DNA from: Raillietiella orientalis
Taxonomy: Eukaryota
Length of the DNA: 64,000 nucleotides
Reading direction: 5' to 3'
Assembly: GCA_036172245.1 (NCBI GenBank)
Contig: JAYWIR010000004.1
Span: 4,712,001-4,776,000 of the forward strand
Position 1 is the first letter of the stretch. The number at the start of each line of letters is the position of its first letter. A program made the translations under genes and the position numbers. The notes below the pieces were generated by a model. The model searched no databases. It saw only the letters and a program-made list of their open reading frames with translations, and had not been told where the DNA came from. This document shows, in pieces, positions 41,741 to 53,059 of the stretch.

Positions 41741-42878
41741 TCAATACGCGTTTCCGGTCGGCGAATGGAGAACGAAACAGCGCGGCAGGACAAGAGCGGA
41801 AGAAAAGGCAGCACTTCGGGAGAAGGGGAACCAAACAACTCCAATTTTCTTTCTTTCTTTTTTTTTATCGTTCAGAGTAGATGCTGCTGCATCACCTTGC
41901 GTTCGTAAGGATCGCTTCTGTAAAGAAACGTCGCCCACGAGAAACAGCGGAGTCGCAATGAGATGGAAAGAACGAGTTCGCAGGGACTCCAGCGCGCTGC
42001 TCAGACGGATGCCTTGCGAGGAAGCTCAGAATTTTAGCAGAGTCCGTGTGAACAGGGAGACCAGAAAGTCGGGGAGCCGTGGAGTGAGCAAAAAGCTCAG
42101 AGAGCCGGCGTGTCTGAGATCTCATTCGGAGTTGTTTACAGAACCGCCATCCAATGAGAACTCCAGAGGGCACTTTCCGGTTTTCTCATGTGGCCCTTGG
42201 CTCGAGTAGTGAGAAGATAGGTACAGCCTCTGCAAGCTTTCCTGCCTTCGGTGCAGGACGGAGTGCTTCCTCGATGGTCGCCCTTTTTTGCCGTCTTTCA
42301 TGTGATCCTAAGATCTCTCGAAGATCTTGGAAACAGTCTCGAAGAGGAAGGGGGTCCCTGAAACGGATTTGCCGAAGAGGCCGGTTGCCCGACGGATGCA
42401 CATCCACGCCAAATGGACCCGAGATTCACTTCCTCGGGATCCACGTCTTGCCTCTTGCAACCGAGCAGCGTGCTGGGAAATTCCGCCCCGCGAACCTTCC
42501 TCCGCCGATTCCCGCTCGCGGTCCCAAATTTCTTACTTTTTGCGGCAGTTCTTGCGGAATTCAGGATTGCAGGCGCAGCACACGGAAAGAACGGCGGAAA
42601 ATGAATCGAGTCTTCAGGTATTCCCAGGATGGTCTGAGACACCAGAAGAACGAACTGCGGTTTCCATTTTAGTGGCTCGTGATACGTTATCAAGTATTAT
42701 GTCACATGGCGGCTCCTGCTCTAATTGCTTGTTAGTCTGTTTTCTCAAGTCCTCTCAAGTGTCAAGAGGTGACAAGGACCTTGCCATTATCTCAGACGAG
42801 ATACGAAAAGACCTTCTGCTTTTCAAGTTGTTTTTCCTGCGTCTCCGCAGTACCCCCTCGATTTGAACGCTTTTTTAT

Positions 42879-43190
42879 GAAAGCAATCTTGAACATGATG
42901 TGATAAAATTCTGGTGACGAGACCATAGTGATTATGCATGGTGATTTTCGAAAGCAGTGCATCATTTTCACACCACTCCTCATTTTATTTCATTTACAAT
43001 TTCTGGAAATCATGACATTAATTAGGAATAATGACCACACGCAATCATTATGGTCGTCTCGCTTTCGTCATCAGAATTTTATCACGTCAGCTTCAAAATA
43101 GGTTTCTAATTAACATCACAATTCCTGGAAGATGAAAATGACATAAAAGAAGAGTGACGTGGAAATGATGCATACCTGCAGAAAACTACC
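42879..43190. repeat. Interleaved inverted repeats A-B-A'-B' (two oppositely oriented, circularly permuted ~150-bp units)
   Basis: A (42879-42949, tgatgtgataaaattctggtgacga...gaccatagtgatt) pairs with 43026-43106. B (42957-43027, tgcatcattttcacaccactcc...attaattagga) pairs with 43104-43173. Identity is roughly 70-80% by eye. Confidence 0.75.
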
Positions 43191-46045
43191 TGGAATTAGC
43201 ATCGGGGCACGTTTCTTCGATGAGTACTGGTGTGGAATCGCATGAGTGACATCTTTTCTTTCCGCCTCACTCGGGTAAGGGTTGGTCAAGGCAGTACAGA
43301 ATGAATTTTCTCATGGAGTGGTCCACCCACTGTTATTGGAACGTGTAAGCAAAAGGGAAGACTCGGATTCGCATTGGACAGGACTTAATCGAAATCTGCA
43401 GCATTGGCTTCAAGAAAACTCCATAAGAAGCTCTTGATGTGAAAATTTTATCACTCACAGAGAAAAAAAAAAAACTAAACAGTGTCCACTGCAACGAAAT
43501 CCTTGCAACCAGAGTCCTTTAGCTTTCCAGTCCTTAAATCAAGGCACAAGTGCACAACGAAGAGGTCGGTTCAGTTCCAATAAGGAAATATGCATCGAAC
43601 TAGAAGGTATGCTTATTTTTCCACTCCTTAGGATATCAGAAGGGAAAAAAACAAAAACGAAAGCAGAATGTAAAAAGACTTAGGATTTTATGCTTGCTCT
43701 TGTCATTTTCCGACTAGAAGCCAAGAATCCCATACAACCTCATGACTATACATGCAGTTTCCCTTTCAGCCTCCGTTCTGTGTTTACCTTTTTCCTTCCT
43801 CTTTTCCAACTGAATTACACAGAGAGAGAAGGAATTTTCACTGACACCTATTAGATCAGTCCCCCCACGGCTTGTGAACCGAGCTCCAAAGTGTTCCATC
43901 TAGCAGCAAACCTTTATGACAATATTTAGTTCTTTCTTTCCTCGCAGATGGCGCAAAATCACGCTGCAAGCGTCGGTTGAGACTGCGACTGTGAGCAAAA
44001 CAAGAGAAATGCATTTTTAAAGCATGACAGCAATTGAATTTCTGCGTGAAAGAAAAATGTGCTTTCTAATGGAGGACGACTTGGTACAAGAAAAGGATTC
44101 CTGGAGAAGGATAAGTACAAGAAAAGGATTCCTTCTCCATCCTTTTCCTTTTCATTTCACAGATGGAATCGTGAGTGCTCACTTGATGGTTTGTTTCTGC
44201 ATCTTCCTTCCTTTTACTGGAGTGTTCATACTGAAACCACACACACTCGATAGTTTCCCGAGCAATTTGATCCATGGGGATAGTTGTTCGGTTGCATCTG
44301 TGTTTCCCAAAGTGAGCTCAAGAAGTCAGTTACTTGCTGTGACCTCCGGTTGGCATAAGAGTACTCAACTGACCGAGTCTCACAATTCATTTTTCCGACA
44401 ATTCATGTCGGAAAAAGAGCAGCTACTAGCGAAGAGGAAAAAGCAAATAGTCTCGTAACTTCTAACGGGTCTTCTCTATTGTGCATCAGCTCGAAACGGG
44501 GCTTTTGGAAGTTTACAAATTTAATCAACATTGCCAGCATTCTTTCATGAATGCACTCTCAGATTAATTGCAAAGGAGAAAAACCAATTTCATTCACAGT
44601 TTTGGATCCTATCTGAAGTGAAAGTAACACGTTTTTTCTTGCAAAGGCGAGTGAAAGATAAACGATGCTGAAAGATGCGCAAGCTATCACTCTTTCAGCA
44701 ATGCAACGATCGAAAAGTCAGTAACCAAAGAATAGCATGTCCTTATGAGAATTCACTGATGATCGAAAGACGTGAAAACAAATTCTATGTAGGAGCCTTT
44801 CTAAGGAATTCCGAACTTTGCGCAACACTGACACAGATTACGAAAGTAGAAAGCCAAACCAATTTTCATATGTCGGAAACGAGCAGCTGGAGAATTGAAA
44901 GTTTCATTCATGATTTTCACTTCTGAATTCATTCATTTGCTGGAAGTGCCACTCATCTTCTTTAACTTGCCTCTTTGATCCAAAAAGTCAGACTATTTTT
45001 GCATCTGGTGTTGCAAAGTTTGACTTGGTGACACGTTTCTCAGATGGATGGCACCTGCACGAATTCTCCATGCACCACAAATGAGCTGAGATGAGTATGC
45101 AAACGACGTTTGAGACAAATGAGACGGCAACGAACCAGGAAGACCCAAAGACTTTCTGGACGCCTTTCTGCCCATACACCGCTCCACTTTCATGGCGGGC
45201 AGATATAAATGATGCACACATGAACCAGGACAGCAGCACACTGATGCATAGCGACGTGCGGCTACCTTCCCCTACAGATGCTGCATCCGCGCACTTCCAG
45301 GTACATCCACACTGTGATTGAACGAGTTGAAAAGCTTATGAACGGCACCAGAGGCCGTCGCTCTATGTGCTACCCAAAGTTATTAAACTACGGATGCATT
45401 AAAATGCTCATTTGACTACGTTTGTCCTTTTCGTCCAGAGAAATCGTTGGAGACTCCAGCTGCACGTCCCAGGGCACCAGAGTATTCAAGATCCCAAGTT
45501 TTTTTCTTGCAATGTTCGCCGCCAAGTTCTCACTGGAATCGCAGATTTGAGGGCTGCAATTGACCAGTGTGGAGGAGAAGGCTACCTGGGCTGAATTTCC
45601 ATCACTGGATGGAAAACTTGAGGATTCTCGGACAAAGAAAGAGATGGAGACGCAGGCTGAAACTCGAATGGCTTCTGACCTATGGTTTCCGAGCAACGAG
45701 AACCCCTAGCAAGGAATCCCGATTCCGGAATTATGAAATTCTGCACACGAAGTTGTCAAACAAAGCGAAAAGGTCATCTCAAACGGAGGATCACTTGTGG
45801 ACGAAGGATGCTTTCGTTAGACAGAACAGGATAGACTGAGAGGCCAGAGATCACTACCCAGTTCAGTCATCGTGTCCTCGGGGTGCAAGGTAGAAAGAAT
45901 TTTCAGCTTGAAAAAGACCTCAGCAACAGTCGTAAAAGAATGAAGGAGGAGTTCATGGAGTGAGGAGACTTTGCTATTTTTCGTCGCTACCTCTCCGTGC
46001 TGGGAGTGGGCAATGTGCGTGCCTGCTACTCTCCTTGGATGTGGT

Positions 46046-46464
46046 GCGTGCTTCTCGAGGAGGCTACCGCTGAGTTCTTGTGTGTACTTTACTTCCAGCT
46101 GCTGAAGATGAACTCGTACATTAGGGCCGAGGAAAAAACTGCTCCCAGGATGGGTGCAATCCAGAAAATCCAGTGGGCCTCCCACTTGTGCACCACGAAG
46201 ACTGATCCCAGAGAGGGAGTGGGGTTCATGGAGCCTCCGGTTGTAAACACCTCCATGGCCGCGCACGCCATGTGCGCGAGCCCAATGGTCGGCGAGGCCG
46301 GGCACACCGTTCTCCCGCGGTGGTCGTTTACCTTGAAGATGGAGGAGACCAGGATGAAGCTGAGGGCGAACTCGAACCCGAATCCTTGCAAGGGAGTCGC
46401 GGATCAGTACGGTGGCTCCTGGGTTGCCGTGGTGACCACTGGTGGCCACGCCGTAGAGACCGAC
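46046..46464 (-). pseudogene. bib: Aquaporin (MIP family, big brain-like) C-terminal-half fragment, frameshifted, flanked by 13-bp direct repeat
   Basis: VGLYGVATSGHHGNPGATVL, frameshift at ~46392-46410, then TPLQGFGFEFALSFILVSSIFKVND...IGLAHMAC...TGGSMNPTPSLGSVFVVHKWEAHWIFWIAPILGAVFSSALMYEFIFSSWK*. This covers loop C, TM4-TM6 and the second NPA box (here NPT-P). LYGV..G..GN, SLG..FV..KW..HW and YE.IF.S resemble Drosophila Big brain from memory. The aquaporin call is firm and the bib subfamily call is less so. Confidence 0.85.
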
Positions 46465-46733
46465 CCTTGGATGTGGTAGGCTCTCTCTCTGGAATGGAAC
46501 CCTGATTCCCTGTTAAATTTCACAACTATAACAGGCGCTTGATCTACCGTCGACAGTCGATAAGGCAGACACTTGAAAGATGCGTTCGCGATCAGCTCAA
46601 AGTTGTTCAGAGTCACCTAGAATTCCTGGGTCCGTGAAGGGAGCCTCTTGGTCCTGTCTTAACAAAAACCCTTCATCCGCAAGCGCTCGAAGTGGTGGAA
46701 ACGTGCATCAGCTCTAGGACTGCCATGATTATA

Positions 46734-47718
46734 CGAGGCGCATTCCAAAAGTAAGGGTTGATCGGATATAAAGAGGGAACAAACAAGAGGAACAAAAATG
46801 AATTGGTGGTTCTAAACACATCCATCCCCACGTCATTTTTCTACGCAGTCGCCATTTTTTTCGAACGCTTTGGATACCGTGGAAGAAGCTTTTTAAAACC
46901 CTCTGCATAAAATTCCTCCGCCTAAGAGTTCAGCGCTGCAGTTTTCAGCTCATCGCTTTCCCCCCTCGAATCGTTGAGCCACTTCTTGAGGTGCAGGAAG
47001 ACGTGGTAGCCCCTGGGCACGAGGTCAGAGTAATGAAAAAGGTGGGTAATGGTAAGGTGGGTAAGGTGAGGTGAGTAAGGTGGGTGATGAAAATGTTCCC
47101 ATTTGAATTCCTAAATTGTCTGGAATGTGCCGACAGCAGCGTGTGGGAGCGCGTTGTCATGAAAGGGAACAATTCCTGATCTCAGCATTCCACGTCGTCC
47201 ATTCTGAATGGCACTCTGCAGTTTGGAAAGTGTTCCACCGTAGACTTGAGAAGTGATGATTGTTCCAGGCTCCATAATGTCCACCAAAAGCACACCCTTT
47301 TGGTCCCACACGCTGCTGTCGGCACATTCCAGACAATTTAGGAATTCAAATGGGAACATTTTCATCACCCACCTTACTCACCTCACCTTACCCACCTTAC
47401 CATTACCCACCTTTTTCATTACTCTGACCTCGTGCCCAGGGGCTACCACGTCTTCCTGCACCTCAAGAAGTGGCTCAACGATTCGAGGGGGGAAAGCGAT
47501 GAGCTGAAAACTGCAGCGCTGAACTCTTAGGCGGAGGAATTTTATGCAGAGGGTTTTAAAAAGCTTCTTCCACGGTATCCAAAGCGTTCGAAAAAAATGG
47601 CGACTGCGTAGAAAAATGACGTGGGGATGGATGTGTTTAGAACCACCAATTCATTTTTGTTCCTCTTGTTTGTTCCCTCTTTATATCCGATCGGCCCTTA
47701 CTTTTGGAATGCGCCTCG
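46734..47718 (-). mobile_element. Non-autonomous fold-back mariner (Tc1/mariner) element: 415-bp inverted arms plus 155-bp spacer, TA TSD
   Basis: TA|cgaggcgcattccaaaagtaaggg...cccttacttttggaatgcgcctcg|TA. Arms are 46734-47148 and 47304-47718. The minus strand encodes WDQKGVLLVDIMEPGTIITSQVY...GIVPFHDNALPHAA...EFKWEHFHHPPYSP...YHVFLHLKKWL...FYAEGFKKL...GDCVEK, the mariner catalytic-domain C-terminal half with stops. Confidence 0.95.
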
Positions 47719-47819
47719 TAGAAGTAGGGTGGTACAGTCTAAAGAGCCGCAACAGATGTAATGAACCAATCGCAGTTTGACCTTCTTTCTCCATGTACTC
47801 AGACGTGCATGGCTCAATC

Positions 47820-48830
47820 TTCGAAGCAAACATACACCCACTGGCGGGATCAACGAGGTGGGCACACCTCCGGGAGGTGAACGGGAGATGGAGGATGGAA
47901 GAGGGTACGAATTCAGGTGGACTTCCTGAAACTTTGTAGGAAGACCTGACCAGAATGGTTCAGCCAAGAGGTTCTGTGACGAGCGCAAAGGCTGCACTAA
48001 CGGGAGCTCATGGTAGGCGAATAGAGCGCCAATCAAGGAAAACTTTGAGCTCTGTAAGTAGGAGGAAGCAGTTCGTAAATAGTCCAAGAGAAGAGTTCTT
48101 TACATGTGAACATTCTGCCCATTCAGAAGGCTTGGATTTTCGAGAGGATGGCATGATGGAGAACACGGGAGATGCCACGGGCAAGCGCATTTTGCTCGTG
48201 GTGGTAATTGAAGTGAATGAAGAGGGTGGAGGATGCTGGGATTCCCACCAGCGCCCGATGAATGGGGCCCCGAGATTTTCCACGGTGATAGAAATTTGCT
48301 GCGTGAGAGAGCACGATGGCCTCAGGAAGTGCGGATTGCACGGGGAGGCTAAGCGACGAGAGACCCCCGGCGCGAGCAGTTCGAAGAGGCACGGTCTGCG
48401 GTCCCCTCGACGACAGAGATGGGACGGAAGTGGATCGCTGCCTAGGAACGCCAGCTCTTCCCAAGGCAGGAGCGTGCGAGAGCCCTCTAAGGCATTCCGA
48501 AATCGTTCAAAGACCAGCACGTGGAGAAGCCCTCGACCCACGGCCTCAGAGTGAAGAAGAGAGAACCAGGAAAGCTGCGAGAAGGCTCAATCAGCGTCTC
48601 ACTTTTTTTTTCTTTTTTTCCCTTTTTTTTCTTTCCTTCTCCCTTTCGCTCTGTTTTTGTGAGATCGCTTTTGCCACTTCTGACCTTTGATCTCTCCTTC
48701 CTCCTCCCTTAAACTGCAAAGGAGCTTCTTCCGCCTCCTATTCCGCCTTTCTCCGAAATTTTGGCCAAATCCCAGAAGCAATAGGTCTAAGGTTCGCATG
48801 GCAACGTTTTTTTTTTTTTTCTCTCATGTT
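47820..48830 (+). mobile_element. Probable degenerate non-LTR ORF2 tail and T-rich 3'UTR
   Basis: Coding-like relic (RIQVDFLKLC; FFTCEHSAHSEGLDF, knuckle-like) followed by a pyrimidine/poly-T tract at 48600-48830, as in the other copies. Confidence 0.35.
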
Positions 48831-48899
48831 CTGCAGCTCCTTCCCTGCACTTCAGAACGCTTCGCTCCCACCGTTCCACTTCGCTTCCAGGAAGACCCC

Positions 48900-51307
48900 G
48901 CGCCGGGTGGTGCGAGCGTTCTATGGCTCCGTTTCCCAGTCCAGCTCTTCTGCTGATGGGGCGCATCGTCAGTCCATGACCTGGAGAAGAGGCGGTGGAA
49001 GGATTGGGCTGGAGGGGACGCCCAGGCGCGAGACCAGCGAGTGACCAACGGGGCAGATCGAGGAGACTCCTGGAACTCTGCAGCTCTGCTCTTCCTGAGA
49101 CTCCGAGCGCGAGCTTTCCGAGGATAAACGGTGCTAGGAAGCGCCGGAAAGAACGGAGAAGAACAGGGAGGAGCGACCCTTAGGAAGGCGTCCAGTTCGA
49201 GTATGACCTGGACCCGAAAGCTGACCGCAAGCACTCGCTCAGCGTCCCAGCACCCCCCCCCCTTCCCTTTCCCTTCCATCCATCCTTCCCCTCTGGAGCC
49301 CTGGGACGCACGGGAGGTCGGACGGGAGGTGCGCCGGCGCGCGAGCAGTGGGCGGAAGCCGATCCTTCTGAGGTCTCAAGGCCGCCACTTTTTTCGGGGA
49401 CGGAGACTACGGACGAGCCCTCCGGCAAGACGGGACGGCGTGTCCTTTCCTTTTCTGTCAGCGAATGCGGCCGATCCCCCTACCACCGAGGAGGGAGGAG
49501 AGTGGGGCCTGTGCCCGTCGCCCAGGCAATGCGGCTTCCGTGACATTCCTTCCGAGATTCGGAAAGGCGCTCGAGAACAGGGAGCCCGTCTCCAGAAGCC
49601 TGAGAGGGCAAGAGGGCGGGGCCCCGCCGCTTCCTCTCGCGGGGGAATCCCACGTCGCGTGCGTGAGCTGTGAGGAGTGGGGAGGAGCGGCTACCCTCAT
49701 CGGTCCTCCTCGCCTCCCTTGGCAGCGCGCACTCCATTCGTCAGGAAAGGAGGGTGAGAGGGAGGGAAGGGGAGGCACGTTCTTCCCCGAGTTTTCCTGC
49801 TTTTACTCTTGTCTGGAGGCCCTTTCCTTCCCGAATCTGCAGGACCTCCGGGCCATGCGGGGAGGGAAGGCGTCCGGACGCATTGCCAGCACCCGCTGCC
49901 CGCGGCCTCTTCCCACCTTTTCCTCCCCCTTCCCTCTGCCTGCTCCTCCTCCCCCCTCTTTCTCTTAAGAAGGCACCTGGGGACCTCCCTACTCCCTGAG
50001 ACGCGCGGGACCAATGGAACGGCCTTACTCGCCCGCGGTCATGCTAGAGGAAATTCCCCTTCCCCGATTTCAGCGCTCGCTCACCCCACGCTTTTCCCGC
50101 GCTCCCTTCCCTGGGTACGCCGTGCGCGTCTCCCGCGCCTCAGCAAGGTCACTTTCCGGGACCGCACGAATTACCCCCTCCCCGTCCCTCCTTCTGCTCC
50201 CTCTGGCTGCGCCGACCGATGGGTTCCCTCGTGTACATCCTGTATCCCCTTTCCCCGTCTCCACAGTACTAGTTTCCCCCTTCGCTCCGCGCTCACGCGC
50301 CCGCACGTCGATCCCTGACCCTACGTGCTTCCCGTTCCGAATCTGCAAATCCTCCCCCTTTTGCGAGCGCACCACTCTCGTTGGAGTCCGCCGAAAGAGT
50401 TTCCCGCCGTCCCTCCCGACCTCCACCTCACCGCCCCGAGCTTCGCGGGATGCTCACCCCCCTTGGAGGAGGCCGGAGGTACAGAGCAGACAAGTGAAGG
50501 AGATTCACGGAAGAGTCTGCAGCTCCGACGGGGAAAGGACGGATGGGCGGCGCTAGCCGGAAGGTTCTTGGAAACGCGACTCGCGTGCTCGAGCTGGAGC
50601 GGCGTGCGACGGCAAGGCGGGACTGGGTCTCCATGGCTGCCGCGAGCGGCGCGGCGCTGGCACCGTGCGCAGGCCCGTAGGCTGCTGCACTTGGGCCTTC
50701 TGGGGCGGACCCCTCCGGAGCCCGCAGGGATGCGTTGAAAGGGCGGATAAACCCCCCAGCCTCCGTAGTTCCGCATCCTCACTCTCATCCCCCCCTTGCC
50801 CTGCCCTTCCAGGGAAACGATGGACCGCCGCGCAGTACTTCCCTCAGCCTCTTCCGGGACAGCACTCCGGGGCGCGGGAAGAATAAAGCTGACCATCCCG
50901 CCGCCCTGCGATCTCCCGATGCGGGCGCTCCGGCAGCACCGCCTCTTCTTCGAGTCCACCTTCCCGCCCAGAGAGCTGCGAACCTGATCCCAGCTGTCCT
51001 TGTCTACCCGGCGCACCTAGATGGAAATAGGGCCCTCGGTGGCGCTCCCGCCTCCTCCGGGAGCACCTGGGGCCTCCGCTTTCCCTCCACTGTCTCTTCC
51101 AGCAGGCCGCTGCTCTGCCCTGGGGCTCCCGCGCTACGTATGTGTGCTCGAGGGGCCGAGGCGCTTCCCCGGAACACTGACAGCTTCAGGCAGCGCTTGC
51201 GAGAGACCGTCCCATTGCCATCCCCGACTCAGATCCAACAGTGGCGAGCCGCGCCTATTCCGGACGACCCTAGAAGAAACTCCAGCGAGTGCCCGCAGTG
51301 GTCCTGA
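48900..51307 (-). mobile_element. Highly GC-rich degenerate non-LTR ORF2 (RT core relic, thumb, C-terminal region)
   Basis: GHSLEFLLGSSGIG...WI resembles the RT SH.FL...L...G.G...WI segment. DSWDQVRSSLGGKV...FILP...GGWGV is thumb-like, and GLPVLERL...PHC is knuckle-proximal. Many frameshifts. Confidence 0.5.
51230..51307. repeat. 78-bp segment duplicated in inverted orientation at 52923-53000
   Basis: cagatccaacagtggcgagccgcgcct...gcccgcagtggtcctga versus tcaggaccactgcgggc...ccactgttggatctg, with 2 mismatches seen. Confidence 0.95.
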
Positions 51308-51329
51308 CGTGCACGCAGATCGCAGGAAC

Positions 51330-52900
51330 TGGGTATGAGAGAGGGGAGGTAAGGATTGATCGAGCCATCCGGTAGCCGTTTCTCCTCGAGAAATGGAAGG
51401 TTTTCCGGGTAGCTGCTGGTAAGTGCGACGCACTCTTCGGAGGCGTGTCGGCGGTCCCTAAGGATTCCAGGTCCTTACCACCGCGTGCACAAGAGGTACG
51501 CAACCTGGAAGGAATCTCTTCACCGTGCGCACTCTTCCACTGCACGTTGAACTCCCATGCCTTCATCGGATGTCACAACAGGTCGGTCGACAAGCTCGAG
51601 AGGTTGGCGGCGGGTCCGTTGGGGGTTGCCTGCTCCCCTCTGCCTAAACCCGAAACGAAGTCCAGACCCCGATCAATCCTGGCACTCTGAAGCGAAGGTT
51701 AGTCCATGATCCTCGACATAACCTGCCCTGGCTCGGGAAGATTTTCTAGAGAGGAAAGGGGGAGGGCTCTGAGACTGTCTGCACCCGCTACGGCACGTGA
51801 CCACTCGGTGGAGTCTTCCTGCGAATGGAACCCGGTCAGTGGCGCGGTCTTGAAGGGAGTGAACCAATCACGAAGAAACGAGCCGACCACCTGAGAAAGA
51901 GAGTGACCTCCAGAAGCATCCGGAGCTCTCTCCTGATCTACTGGGGGCATTTGATGGGCCACCGTCAGCAATCCTAGGATGATCAACATTGAGATGACAC
52001 GGAGCGAGCTGTCTGAGGAAACTCGAAGACAATCAGGACGGAAGAGAGTTTTTAACCAGGAGGCATCGAAATCTCTCACCGCAGAGCGTTGTCAAGCTAC
52101 CTCCCACTCTGCTAACGAAAATCCCGAAGCATACGCTGGAGAAACATCTGTTGCGCCACCCACCTCGTGAAATTGTTGCAGAGGAAGACATCCTCATCAG
52201 AAGGTCGAGACTGGACAGACTGATTGTGAAGATAGACAAAAATCCCTTTCTTCTATCATCCCTCTGTATCCTCCCTCAAACTAACTGGTAGTAAACCGAA
52301 TGAGAATATTCTCTTTCAGTTTCGTCTTCAAGAAAATTCCTCTACTTTAGCTCGATGGTACGCCCTCTATTATGCCGAAGTCCCCACGCCCCCGACCAGA
52401 TTCGGGAAAGCGGAGGGAGCTTCTGGGCGGCATCTAATTATCTACGTTTCTCGAGCAAACGGAGCCGCACCAGATAAATCGGAGGTCGCTATCGCATCTC
52501 TGATCTCCTCTTTGAAAGCAGCCGAAGCTCAGCCCAGCACTCACGTTCGTCGCGCGCCGGATGTTTATCCTCCGCCAATCTTTCGACTACCAGAGCTCCT
52601 GATTGCTCGCGATAAGCGGGTGAGACGTGGCTTCCACCTTGCATGGGAGTCCGGCCATGCATTCTTTCCTGTGGCTTGGAGGGTCGACCTCTTCCACCTC
52701 CTCCATCAGTCTCTCTCACTCACCCTCCACGGAGTGAGTTCATCTCCCCGGTAACTCCCGCGAAAGGAGGAAGCCGGTCGCACTTTGGCTTTCTTCTCTT
52801 GTAGATGCACCGCCAAATTCTTCAGCTGAATGGGGGGTACCAAAGGGCAGACGTTGAAGGAATCCAAAATTTTTCATAGATGCGTCCACTTCTCCATCTG
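51330..52900 (-). mobile_element. Degenerate non-LTR ORF2 fragment (thumb to knuckle)
   Basis: DLRFIWCG...RFPESGRGRG is thumb-like. VPFAGRLHRVVTCRSGCRQSQS...RARAG is knuckle-like. Confidence 0.45.
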
Positions 52901-52922
52901 ACAGTGGCCCATTAGATACATA

Positions 52923-53000
52923 TCAGGACCACTGCGGGCACTCGCTGGAGTTTCTTCCAGGGTCGTCCGGAACAGGCGCGGCTCGCCACTGTTGGATCTG
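52923..53000. repeat. Inverted copy of 51230-51307
   Basis: Reverse-complement match, 76/78 by eye. Confidence 0.95.
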
Positions 53001-53059
53001 CGTGCTCCGAGTGCATCCGAGCGCAGTTTCCTTGCTCCGCGCGATTCCTCCTGGCTCCT

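Noticed and set aside
45817..46449. 210-aa ORF as an intact aquaporin
   Set aside because: Only its first ~15 codons are in the aquaporin frame. The rest is out of frame relative to TM4-TM6.
46734..47718. Active mariner transposase gene
   Set aside because: The N-terminal DNA-binding half is absent, and the remainder has stops, deletions and an insertion in the YSPDL motif.
48826..51338. Many overlapping 100-230-aa ORFs as genes
   Set aside because: Expected from stop-codon scarcity at very high GC. Only scattered retroelement motifs are recognisable.
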